The translations under genes and the position numbers were made by a program. A stretch of DNA of 32,000 bases. It comes from an archaeon (lineage in GTDB: Archaea; Asgardarchaeota; Thorarchaeia; Thorarchaeales; Thorarchaeaceae). The stretch is taken from the NCBI GenBank assembly GCA_024275415.1, contig JAJRZD010000112.1, positions 1 through 32,000 on the forward strand, written 5' to 3'. Below, one piece after another: positions 23,157-32,000 of the stretch. Position 1 is the stretch's first letter; each line of letters begins with the position of its first letter. The notes below the pieces were generated by a model that was given only the letters and a program-made list of their open reading frames with translations, was not told where the DNA came from and made no database searches.

Positions 23157-26132
23157 GTGCGAACATTGGTGAGTAGTACAGATAATCCGAAGATTCTGAT
23201 TGCAGGTGAGGACAAGACGGCTTGCGGAGTTTTGAAATCCGCTTTAGAATCACGAGGTTATAGCGTTCATGTTGCATCTAGTGAGAGGGAACTCACAGAG
23301 TTGGTTGGTGAAAGGTTCTATGATGCTGTGCTTCTTAGCTTAGGGATGTCCTCATTATCGAGGCTTGTTTCGTTGCTATCAGTCAATAGTGGTACGACAA
23401 TCCTATTCTATGAGTCTGGTGACAGTGATTCTCAAGGAGAAAGTATGCCATTCGGATTGTTTGTTGAGCCAGTAGATCTTGCTGAGGTTGCCCATAGATT
23501 AGAAGAAAGACTGGATGGAAGGACGGGTGTGAGAGGATTAAACAGCATACTTCAGGGTGTTAGGACTGATGAACGAAAAATAGAACGGATTGCACGATTC
23601 CTTCAAGAGGCTGTATGGATTGCAAAATGGGATTCCCTGGAGATCGAGTATATCAACCCTTCTTTCGAACGAATATACGGGGTCAACTCCAAGAATGTTA
23701 TCGAACATAAAAGACGTTGGCTGGATTTCATTCATCCTGATGATAAGGCAACTGCTAGAAAATACCTAGAATCTGTACGAAGAAGGTTGACTTTTCACCC
23801 AATCGAATTGAGAATTATAACCCAAGATGGTAGGACTCGCTGGATTAGAACCAAAGTGTTTGCATTCCTTAATGAAGATGAGAAACTGAACTCATTCATT
23901 GGATTGGACATTGACATAACAGACCAGAAAAACCTTCAATTTGCAATCCGTGAGAATGAGGCGCTATTCAAGAGCATCTTTGAGAAATCCCCTATCGCCA
24001 TCAACATATTCAATACTGATGGAACGCTCATAGCCGTCAATGAGGCAAGTATCAGTCAGTTGGGAGTGGAGAATAGTCGAGACCTAAGGGATATCAACTT
24101 ATTCGATTTCTACAAGGTCGATAGGTCTCAGCTACTGAGTGATAGTGATGTCTTCATCGAAAGCACATTGGACTTTGATGACCTAAGAAGGAATCGAACA
24201 ATCCCTACTCATCGTAAAGGACAAGCATACCTAGAGTTGGCCATTTCCAGGCTCGGCCCGGATGACCCTGAAGGTTTTATTGTCCAGGTTTCTGATGTAA
24301 CTGATAAGAAACTCGCAAACAGAAGAATCGCTGAAGAACAGGATAAGGCGAAGCTCTATCTTGATTCGGCCCGGGCAATAATCGTGGCGACCGATACATC
24401 GGGGAGAGTCACGCTGATTAACGAGTACGGATCCGAACTACTAGGTATCTCAGACTCCCGCTCTGATAAATATGTTTCATTCCTAGATTTTGTACCTAAC
24501 GAGCATAAGAACTTGGCACATGAGCATTTCATCGCATCCTTAATGAACACAGACATGAATTCAATTGCTGAGATCCCACTACTGATGCCAGATGGAACTC
24601 AAAGAGTGTTTAGATGGAAAAGTACAGTGTTGCATGAATATGGGGAAAATCCCGTAGGTCTCATTTCATATGGAGAGGATATTACTGAATTAAAAAATGC
24701 GATTCAAAACCTTGAAGAAAGCGAGAAGCTATTGAACCGTGTCTTTGAACGTAGCCCAATAGGAATTGCCATCGTCAATCCTCAGGGGACGATTCTAAGG
24801 ATGAACTCGTCACTCCTGAATATTCTGGGGATATCCCGTCCTGATGAAGTGGTTGGAAAATCATTATCCGATGATCCAAATTTATCAACCTTTGTGAGAG
24901 ATATCTTAAGGGACGATAGACCATTTCAAACAGATGTGAGATACGATTTCAGTCGCACTATAGACAAAGGTATCTTCCGTACATCAAGGCGAGGAATTGC
25001 GTATCTGAGGTTGATTACTGCACCGCTGAAGACCGATGGAAATGGCCCTGCTAAGGACATTGTTATGATTCTACAAGATATAACAGAATCCAAGGAGTCT
25101 GAGCAGAGAACCCAGTATCTTGTCAAGATCCTCGAGAACATCTCTGAGGCAGTCATATCAACTGATCGGAAACTCAAGATTCTGTCATGGAATAGAACAG
25201 CAGAGAACATTTACGGATATGAAGAATCTGAAGTAATCGGGAAGCTTTTGTTTGACGTCATCCCTACCGAGTATAACGAGCCAGATGACGAGGATTCCAT
25301 AAAGCAGGTATTTTTGGATGGGAAGTGGACCGGTGAAGCGTATCAGTTGACAAGACTGGGCGAGAGGTTGCTTGTGCGATTATCTATCTCCACCCTGCGT
25401 GACAAGAACGATATGATCGAGGGGTTAATATTTGTCATCCAAGACATCACAGAAGAAAAGGAAACAAAGAGAAAGCTCAAAGCAGAAAAAGATAGAGCGA
25501 TGCTCTACCTTGATATCATGGGGCATGATATCAGGAACAAACTTCAAGCGATGATGATGGGTTATGACATCATCAGTCGTCTGGTTGACAAAGATGAGAT
25601 TGTTGAAGAACTTATAGAACAGATACAGCAGTCAGCCGAGGCCTGTACCGAATTGATATCCAAGGTCAAGAGGACTGAGCGATTAACCAGTGTACCATTG
25701 GAGATTCATGACCTTAACTCTGTCGTACAAAGGAGTGTTTCACTTTTCAGTGCTCGGAACCCAGCGATTGACATCCAGCTTGAGTCATCAGTAAAACAGG
25801 CGAACATTGTTGCTGACGAGTTCATCGATGATCTAGTCCTCACCTTTCTTGAGAATGCTATCCACCACAACGACCGGGAGAGGAAGCGTATTTGGGTCAG
25901 TTTAGATTACACGAATGGTAAGTACTTGTTGACAATTGCCGATAATGGACCCGGCATCTCAGATGAACGCAAAAAATGGCTATTTGATAAGGAGAGACGA
26001 TTCGGAGGGCTCGGATTGCACCAAGCAAAACAAATCGCTGACAAATATGGCGCATCCATCACAGTGAAGGATCGTGTGCCTCACGAGTACACTAGTGGTG
26101 CACGCTTTGATATTGTATTTCCAAGGATTTGA
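23157..26132 (+). CDS. Sensor kinase: pseudo-REC + about 5 PAS/PAC + HisKA + HATPase_c
   Basis: Receiver-like KILIAGED...DAVLLSL (phospho-Asp replaced); five PAS blocks; MGHDIRNKLQ H-box; FLENAIHHN; DNGPGI; GGLGL. Exact start uncertain. Confidence 0.9.
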   Translation: MRTLVSSTDNPKILIAGEDKTACGVLKSALESRGYSVHVASSERELTELVGERFYDAVLLSLGMSSLSRLVSLLSVNSGTTILFYESGDSDSQGESMPFGLFVEPVDLAEVAHRLEERLDGRTGVRGLNSILQGVRTDERKIERIARFLQEAVWIAKWDSLEIEYINPSFERIYGVNSKNVIEHKRRWLDFIHPDDKATARKYLESVRRRLTFHPIELRIITQDGRTRWIRTKVFAFLNEDEKLNSFIGLDIDITDQKNLQFAIRENEALFKSIFEKSPIAINIFNTDGTLIAVNEASISQLGVENSRDLRDINLFDFYKVDRSQLLSDSDVFIESTLDFDDLRRNRTIPTHRKGQAYLELAISRLGPDDPEGFIVQVSDVTDKKLANRRIAEEQDKAKLYLDSARAIIVATDTSGRVTLINEYGSELLGISDSRSDKYVSFLDFVPNEHKNLAHEHFIASLMNTDMNSIAEIPLLMPDGTQRVFRWKSTVLHEYGENPVGLISYGEDITELKNAIQNLEESEKLLNRVFERSPIGIAIVNPQGTILRMNSSLLNILGISRPDEVVGKSLSDDPNLSTFVRDILRDDRPFQTDVRYDFSRTIDKGIFRTSRRGIAYLRLITAPLKTDGNGPAKDIVMILQDITESKESEQRTQYLVKILENISEAVISTDRKLKILSWNRTAENIYGYEESEVIGKLLFDVIPTEYNEPDDEDSIKQVFLDGKWTGEAYQLTRLGERLLVRLSISTLRDKNDMIEGLIFVIQDITEEKETKRKLKAEKDRAMLYLDIMGHDIRNKLQAMMMGYDIISRLVDKDEIVEELIEQIQQSAEACTELISKVKRTERLTSVPLEIHDLNSVVQRSVSLFSARNPAIDIQLESSVKQANIVADEFIDDLVLTFLENAIHHNDRERKRIWVSLDYTNGKYLLTIADNGPGISDERKKWLFDKERRFGGLGLHQAKQIADKYGASITVKDRVPHEYTSGARFDIVFPRI

Positions 26133-26302
26133 GTCTCCACCAAAAAACGTCTCTCCGTTAAGGGGAAAATTCATACTTGTTGCTGAATCGTCAAGAAGAA
26201 ATCATGTTCAAGAAGTGAGGAGGATACACAGAGTTCGGATCGCGGAAGGGAGATGAGAAAAGGGATTGTTTATCAGGTATCTGGTATCCTCCTCTGCCCG
26301 TT

Positions 26303-26482
26303 TCAGTCTTGTTTGGTCTTCATGGTCCCCATTGGTTCTATGCATTTTTCGCAAACGATGAACAAACCATCTCGGCATCGATTGAGAAACCGGAGATAGT
26401 ATTTCAGAGAATCATCGTCTGCCTCAAGCTCTACAAGAGGAATATTCTGCATATTGTTGGTCCCACGAATTGTTATTGCCAC
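26303..26482 (-). CDS. Possible small protein (59 aa from GTG, 49 aa from ATG 26452) with a CxxC motif
   Basis: Hand translation: (V/M)AITIRGTNNMQNIPLVELEADDDSLKYYLRFLNRCRDGLFIVCEKCIEPMGTMKTKQD*; GAGAGG upstream and an AT-rich promoter-like region; below the apparent 60-aa cutoff of the ORF track. Confidence 0.3.
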   Translation of the reverse strand: MAITIRGTNNMQNIPLVELEADDDSLKYYLRFLNRCRDGLFIVCEKCIEPMGTMKTKQD

Positions 26483-26740
26483 AACAGGTTCCTCTCTTTC
26501 TTTATTATTTTTTATAGTGTAATAATTATTTTATATATGTTTTTTGTATTAATTTTTATTTTAGCCTAGGTATTAATCTGACGAAGTCACGATAAGTCAT
26601 ATCCCCACAAGGCGATTGAAAAGAAAAATATTGTATTTATTACAGATAAAATTATTACAAGAACACAGATATACTCGCATGCTAAGGAAGTTGTATCCTC
26701 AGCTTATTCCCTAATCGACCTTCCTCAATGGTGTTCTATA

Positions 26741-28629
26741 ATGAGGGACAATGGCTCGAATCAATCATCTCATGCTAACCAGCTGACTCCAATTGCATAT
26801 CTCAATTTAATCTCTGTTCCAGTATGTATCTTCGACAATGTTGGTCGTATATGTGGGGCAAATGAAGAATTCATACGGATAATAACAGGCAAAAAACAAT
26901 CATTCGAATCAGCAAGAGAGGAGATTGGGTCGCACGAAGTGGTTTCTCAGATTAAAGAGGCTAGCACGGATGATACGGTTGAACAGATTGACATTGACAT
27001 AAATCATGAGTCATATATTGCTCGTTTCACCAAGGATGAAAACTACTCGTCTGTTGTCCTTAACAAAAAATCTCATCAAAGAGCCATGGAGGTTGAGTTG
27101 GGAAAGAAGCTTGAGATGGAGCAGGTGAATGCAAGTATCGCATTCAGACTCTCCAAGACAACCGACTTCAAGCGCGCACTTGAAGAAACAATTACTGAGA
27201 TTGGTTTTCTCCTTGGTGCAAATCAAGTCGAGTTATTCTGTCTTGATCCCAATTCAGGCCAGTTAAAACTCAATCTGAGTTGGTGTGCCTTGGACAACAA
27301 ACACCCAATTCAAGCAGAACGCATACTTGACATGCTCGACATCCAGAAAGTCAAATCCAACAAGGGGAGTGAGAGGGCCTTTGACATCGAACAATGCATG
27401 AAGCCAGTTGAAAATCAGATTGGAGTCAAGGGTGAGGTCATCTTCATTCCTATCGATGCCACTCAGGAGATTCTGATTGTAGCAATAGGGTCAGAATGTT
27501 TTGTTTGTGATAGAGAGAGATATAGACCTACTCTAGAGATCATTGCAAACATAATCCTAAATGCATTGCGTGTTCATCTGGCAGAAAGGAAGCTCCGACA
27601 GAGCGAAGAAAGGTACAGAAAAGTAGTGGAAGAATCACTTCAGGGCGTCATCGTGTTTCATGCAGATTCTGCTGAGATTGCCTATTCCAATCCCACTGCG
27701 TGCAAGATGCTTGGCTATTCGCTTGATGAACTCACATCCATGACCGCGAAAGATGTTGAAACAATGGTTCATTGGACTGATAGAAGCGAATTTAGAACAC
27801 TGTTTACAGCAATCAGAGAGGGAAAGAATGACAAGACCAAGACAGACATCAGGGTCACAAAGAAAGATGGGAAGATTGTTTGGTTCGAGCTATTACTAAG
27901 CAGGATTGAATTCGAAAATGAGCCGCATATCCTTGCGGCATTGATCGATATTTCTGAGAAACGACAGTCTATTGCGGACCTTCAGAACAGCAACCGCGAC
28001 TTGGAACTATATGCATCACTTCTTCGCCACGACATGAAGAATGATTTGCAGGCAATCTTTAGCAATACAGAAGCAATCAATCTATTAATCCAGGATGACG
28101 AACTTGTCGAAGAGTTCACATCATCCACAATTGCTGCTGTTGAGCGGATGCTAGATGTTCTCAATATATTTGGTCGCCCAGATGATATGCAGGCTAAGGA
28201 AATTGCACCATTCCTTGAGAGTATCGCAGTGGAGGCTGCACGATCATATGTCGGTATGAGGTGTTCTCTAAAGATTGATCCTGATGTGTTTATGATTCGG
28301 GTGATAGGCGGCAGACTTCTCCCAATGGTCTTCACAACATACTGCGAAATGCAGCAAAATATGCTGGACCCAATCCAACAATTACAATAACAGCCAAAAG
28401 AGATGGAGAGTTCATAGAGGTTCGAATGGCTGACAATGGACCCGGAATCGCCTCTGAAATCAAAGACAACCTTTTCGAAAAGGGCGTCACGACCGGAGGT
28501 ACAGGTTTGGGTCTCTATCTCTCGAGAAAGGTAATGAATGCCTATGGGGGAACCATCAACTGCATCCCAGCAGGGCATGAAGGCGAGGGAGCAGTCTTCG
28601 TGATCAGATTGAGAATTTCGTCCGGATGA
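26741..28629 (+). pseudogene. PAS-like/GAF/PAS histidine kinase split by a 1-nt frameshift near 28334
   Basis: H-box LRHDMKN in ORF 26741..28390. The shifted frame from 28336 reads NILRNAAKYAGPNPTITITAKRDGEFIEVRMADNGPGI...GTGLGL and runs into ORF 28426..28629. Confidence 0.85.
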
Positions 28630-28632
28630 ATC

Positions 28633-29016
28633 TCATTCCAACTCATCAATGAGTTTCTGAATGGAAGCACGGAGTCGGTCGGATGAGAGAGCACCCTTAA
28701 TCATATAATCCTTGATTCCCATATCGAAACACTTGCTAAGGGTTTCTTCCTCATCAATGGCTGTTAGTGCCACTACGACAATATCGGGAAATTTCTCCCG
28801 TACTTGTTTGATGACCTCCAAGCCACTCATTTTTGGCATGACAAGATCTACGATGAGGATATCGGGAGGTGATGTTTCGATCTTCTCAAGAGCCTCAAGT
28901 CCATTCATCGCAAAATCTATGTTGAACCCTCTAAGCAGAACTCTAGCGGCCCGTATGAAATCTTCTGAGTCATCGACCAGTAAAATTGTCCCTCTAGTTG
29001 ATTTCTTGGAATTCAA
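28633..29016 (-). CDS. Stand-alone response regulator receiver
   Basis: ILLVDDS, LIVDLVMP, ALTA, MIKG; TTG start after GGAGG, overlapping the 3' end of the GvpD-like gene. Confidence 0.9.
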   Translation of the reverse strand: MNSKKSTRGTILLVDDSEDFIRAARVLLRGFNIDFAMNGLEALEKIETSPPDILIVDLVMPKMSGLEVIKQVREKFPDIVVVALTAIDEEETLSKCFDMGIKDYMIKGALSSDRLRASIQKLIDELE

Positions 29017-30427
29017 TCCTTACGCCTCCATCCTTTTTCATTGTGTACATGCAATACTGCGATGTTCGAGGCCGAATACCCCTGACCAATGTTGCTGAAG
29101 CTCGTGTGCTGAACCCAATGTGCATGTCAGCTAAATCGGCTAGCATCTCATTGACCTTTGGTGTGCTATTGTAGCCAATCGCAATACAAAGACCACTTTC
29201 CTGTGCGGATATCTCTGTTATATTCATTGCCCATCTGGACAAATCGCCGTAATCAAGCATTGATTGAAGGAATCCAAACCCTATGATAAGTAGGATCTCA
29301 CCACACCCATTAGCGCGAAGCTCCTTCAGGGCGGTATCGAACGATAGTCGCATATCCTCAGCTCTTCCGCGTGTGAATATGACATATGGCTCACGTGCAA
29401 TAATTGGGTCGTGATCTGCTTCGTCTGAGAATCGCAATGATACCATTCGTACATTTGTGTTGAGTCTATCAAAGAATTCGTATTTCAAAGCCGCAGATTT
29501 TATCCTTCTAAATGTGAGCTTGTTTGGAGGGATAATGACAACTCCTCCACCTTGATTGGTGAAATTCGAGATTGTCGTGAGAAGTAATGTGATTATGACT
29601 TCGTTGTCCACATCAGCACCAATCTCCCAGAAACTAGTACTACCCAACCTGAATCCTTTGAAAATCTCGTCAAACGGTTGAAGTCCTAAATAATACCGCG
29701 TTCCTGAATGTGATGTTGGTTCAGTTATCGAGAATTTCCGTAAGTCGTCACCATCTGCGTTCCACAACTGCGAGAATCCATCATCTGAAATCGTAAAACC
29801 CCTCGTCCGTGTTTCAATTCGTGTCCCACGGAGCTTCTTTAGAGTGATGTCTCTCCAGATCCCTCCATTTTCCTCTTCATAGGCTTGCAGAATCAAAACA
29901 CCATCTACTGCGGAGCTGATATGTGATCCCGTTTCATGCTCAGAAATGATAACCACTTTAGCAAACGTGTCCTTGCTCAATTTGGAAAGTGAAGATACCA
30001 ATGATTTGACATCTGCATTGAGCACTTCGGCAAGTGCTTCTATCGTGTCGATAACACAGAATGGGAAACGAGTTTGCCGGATTTTCTCGTCTATCACGCT
30101 AAGAAAGGTCAGCTCATCTGATATTACTGTAGTCGGGTCTTGAGGGTCCGCTATGCTGCTAGGTGAGGATAGGTCAAGAACAAGATCCGGTTGAATGACT
30201 TGATCCATCCACTCGAACTGGATGCGCATTGTATATGACGGGACTCTGGATGTGACATAGACGTAGTTTTTACTTTCATAGTGCTCATTTAGCAATTCTT
30301 TGAGAAGCGATAATGCGAAGACTGTCTTGCCAGACCCTGAAGGGCCAGCGACAAGCACCGTCTGGCCATATTGTCGTCTCAGGAACTCGTGGAACTCTTG
30401 TGGGATTGAATAATGTTCTATTTCCAT
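28994..30427 (-). CDS. GvpD-like two-domain KaiC/RAD55-family ATPase (intact N-terminal P-loop, degenerate second domain)
   Basis: AGPSGSGKT, YVTSRV, VIDTIE, AVDGVLIL, KKLRG; second domain LGLQPFDEIFKGF...EIGADVD has no Walker A. Confidence 0.78.
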   Translation of the reverse strand: MEIEHYSIPQEFHEFLRRQYGQTVLVAGPSGSGKTVFALSLLKELLNEHYESKNYVYVTSRVPSYTMRIQFEWMDQVIQPDLVLDLSSPSSIADPQDPTTVISDELTFLSVIDEKIRQTRFPFCVIDTIEALAEVLNADVKSLVSSLSKLSKDTFAKVVIISEHETGSHISSAVDGVLILQAYEEENGGIWRDITLKKLRGTRIETRTRGFTISDDGFSQLWNADGDDLRKFSITEPTSHSGTRYYLGLQPFDEIFKGFRLGSTSFWEIGADVDNEVIITLLLTTISNFTNQGGGVVIIPPNKLTFRRIKSAALKYEFFDRLNTNVRMVSLRFSDEADHDPIIAREPYVIFTRGRAEDMRLSFDTALKELRANGCGEILLIIGFGFLQSMLDYGDLSRWAMNITEISAQESGLCIAIGYNSTPKVNEMLADLADMHIGFSTRASATLVRGIRPRTSQYCMYTMKKDGGVRIEFQEIN

Positions 30428-30449
30428 TTAGATACCAAACTCCCGTCTA

Positions 30450-31196
30450 TTAATCGATAGGAGGCATATCAGACACCTGAATGCCTTCGGAGCCAATGAC
30501 CAGGAGTAATGGGTTCATCACATGCTGAATCCCTCTCATCTTAGAAATCTCAATTGTGCGGGTTCTTGTTGTTCCACGAGATAGGATCTTCATTTCCAAC
30601 ACGCCATCACTCATGAAACCTTCAACACCGAACCGACCAATCTCATCCTCTTTTGGGCTCTCGCATGAGATGAGTGTCGTTATGTTATGCGCTTTCAATG
30701 CACGAACAAGGTTCAGCAGATCCTGCCTTATCGCAAAGATATTCTCTTTGAAGAGAGTCAGCGTCGTGATGGAGTCAACGACTATCCGCTTTGCATTGAC
30801 CGATTTCACTGCCTTGAAGATGAGGTCAACAAGGGCGTTGATTGAGAACTCTTGACGGCCATGAATAGGATGATCAGGACGCATCTCTAGCCGGTCGTCC
30901 CTGAGCATCGGTGAGGCATCGATTATGCTTAGCTTGTTCTCGTTCTCAAATTCCTCAAGATCCCAACCGAATGCAGCCATGTTACGTATTGTCGAGCTTC
31001 TCGCTTCTTCAAGAGAAACTAGCACCCCGGGCTCATCATACATCCGAATCCCATTCACGAGAAATTGATTGAGAAGGATGCTCTTGCCGGTTCCGGGTCC
31101 ACCACTTACAAGTACGACATTTCCTCGCGGGATGCCTCCATTCAATGCATCATCCAATCCTGAAATTCCCGTGAGAGTTCTTTCTTTAACGCCCAT
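30450..31196 (-). CDS. Single-domain KaiC-like/RAD55 ATPase
   Basis: TGISGLD, GGPGTGKS, SLEE, RIVVDSIT, FGVE, KMRG. Start moved to ATG 31196 (MGVKE) after AAGGAG. Confidence 0.9.
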   Translation of the reverse strand: MGVKERTLTGISGLDDALNGGIPRGNVVLVSGGPGTGKSILLNQFLVNGIRMYDEPGVLVSLEEARSSTIRNMAAFGWDLEEFENENKLSIIDASPMLRDDRLEMRPDHPIHGRQEFSINALVDLIFKAVKSVNAKRIVVDSITTLTLFKENIFAIRQDLLNLVRALKAHNITTLISCESPKEDEIGRFGVEGFMSDGVLEMKILSRGTTRTRTIEISKMRGIQHVMNPLLLVIGSEGIQVSDMPPID

Positions 31197-31221
31197 TTTA
31201 TTTGCTCCTTTCCTGTTGTAT

Positions 31222-31249
31222 GAACAATATTCATTAATGAATATTATTC
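31222..31249. promoter_or_regulatory. Near-perfect 28-bp palindrome (perfect 20-bp core AATATTCATTAATGAATATT)
   Basis: GAAC-AATATTCATT|AATGAATATT-ATTC with one mismatched pair; lies in the 95-bp gap between divergent ATPase genes. Confidence 0.65.
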
Positions 31250-31291
31250 TTGTTATATTAAGAAAATCTGTATTTATTTGAGAGGTCTTAC

Positions 31292-31984
31292 ATGCTGCTA
31301 AAGAAGTTGTTGAACCAAGAAATCCCTGATGGGACGACACTAGCTTGTATTGGTAAACCTGGTAGTGGTAAGACCTTGCTTTGTATCAAACTTGCATATG
31401 AGTACACTCAAAGAAAAAAGAATGTGGTATATCTTACAACCGAAAACACACCCACAAGACTGCTTTCTCTTCATGAGCATCTCGGAATCCGTTTCGATAT
31501 AGCGAACGATTTGCAGTACTTGAGGTTCATTGATGCCCATAGTTGGAAGGTTGGAGCAAAAGGAGAAGGACTTTCAACGACAATGATCTCGAACCCTGGG
31601 AATTTTTCCGAGGTGTCATTGGCAATTAACTCGGCTTCAAAGGATCTTCCAGAAGGGACACTTGTCATAATAGACTCGCTATCTGGACTGATGTTGGGTG
31701 CTCCAGACGAAACACGAATCAAGAATTTCTTCCACGTACTCTCTCAGCGACTCAATCAAAAAGGGTACACCCTTATCGCTATCGTCGAGGATGGGTGTCA
31801 TGACCCCAAACTTACGTTGGGTCTTCGAGCGTTAGCTCATAGCTCGCTCCTTATGAGAGTGACAGAAGATGGCATGGGCATGATGAATCGTGAGATACGC
31901 ATAGCAGAGCTGTTGGGATGCGATGTCAATACGAAATGGCATCGAATTAGGGTGACAGACACTGGACCAGAGATTGGAGGGTAG
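31292..31984 (+). CDS. RAD55/KaiC-like ATPase, divergent
   Basis: GKPGSGKT, YLTTE, FIDAHSW, VIIDSLS; ELLG in place of KMRG. Confidence 0.82.
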   Translation: MLLKKLLNQEIPDGTTLACIGKPGSGKTLLCIKLAYEYTQRKKNVVYLTTENTPTRLLSLHEHLGIRFDIANDLQYLRFIDAHSWKVGAKGEGLSTTMISNPGNFSEVSLAINSASKDLPEGTLVIIDSLSGLMLGAPDETRIKNFFHVLSQRLNQKGYTLIAIVEDGCHDPKLTLGLRALAHSSLLMRVTEDGMGMMNREIRIAELLGCDVNTKWHRIRVTDTGPEIGG

Positions 31985-32000
31985 TGATTGAATCAGGTAT
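31984..32000 (+). CDS. Probable 5' end of a further gene (possibly another KaiC-like ATPase), truncated by the window edge
   Basis: GGAGG RBS, then a GTG overlapping the previous TAG; reads MIESG(I/M), similar to the xSTGIxxLD start of KaiC-like proteins. Only 5 complete codons visible. Confidence 0.3.

Noticed and set aside
4421-25210. Numerous antisense and alternative-frame ORFs nested inside the large genes
   Set aside because: Fully overlapped by well-supported CDSs and lacking motifs; treated as shadow ORFs.
26309-26569. Plus-strand 86-aa hydrophobic ORF
   Set aside because: Its hydrophobic tail derives from a low-complexity T-rich intergenic tract.
28994-30427. Gas vesicle locus
   Set aside because: Only a GvpD-like ATPase fold; no gvpA/C/N or other gvp genes in the window.
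6305-31340. Longer N-terminal extensions given by the ORF track (6751, 7014, 8771, 31340; likewise 1704 outside this span)
   Set aside because: They overlap neighbouring genes; downstream starts with stop/start coupling or an RBS (6538, 6978, 8756, 31196, 1665) fit the family N-termini.
30450-31984. Cyanobacterial-type circadian clock (kaiC)
   Set aside because: Single-domain proteins, no Ser-Thr phosphosite pair at the CII position (GFMSDG), and no kaiA/kaiB.
1-32000. CRISPR arrays, IS elements, tRNA/rRNA genes (including tRNA-Sec)
   Set aside because: No regularly spaced repeats, transposase motifs or cloverleaf/rRNA-like sequence seen by eye; tRNAscan-SE/Infernal would be needed to exclude them formally.

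Overview
Archaeal window with no rRNA, tRNA, CRISPR or mobile elements detected. An Asgard lineage such as Thorarchaeia is likely; this is inferred from the eukaryote-type SECIS, the split Vhu-type hydrogenase and the REC-first multi-PAS kinases. The window has two parts. (1) An energy-metabolism block at 3.8-17.9 kb: a tightly coupled minus-strand operon hdrL(HdrA+GltD/NfnB-like insert)-hdrC-hdrB-hdrA'-mvhD-small wHTH-mvhG-mvhA-mvhU/vhuU, followed by GTP-dependent PEPCK and a divergent tungsten aldehyde:ferredoxin oxidoreductase. The last operon gene is missing from the ORF track. It is a 54-codon selenoprotein (3874..4038, in-frame TGA at 3972..3970) carrying the Ni-ligating motif that MvhA lacks. 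A eukaryote-like SECIS hairpin follows it, and the SECIS AUGA core is also the gene's stop codon. The two HdrA paralogs have complementary domain losses, which suggests an asymmetric NADPH-linked HdrA heterodimer. (2) A signalling-rich remainder: four histidine kinases (one frameshifted, one with a pseudo-receiver), three stand-alone receivers, a GbsR/MarR-like regulator, an alpha/beta hydrolase, and a divergent cluster of KaiC/RAD55/GvpD-like ATPases with a near-perfect 28-bp palindrome between them. All calls come from manual motif reading; no database searches were run.
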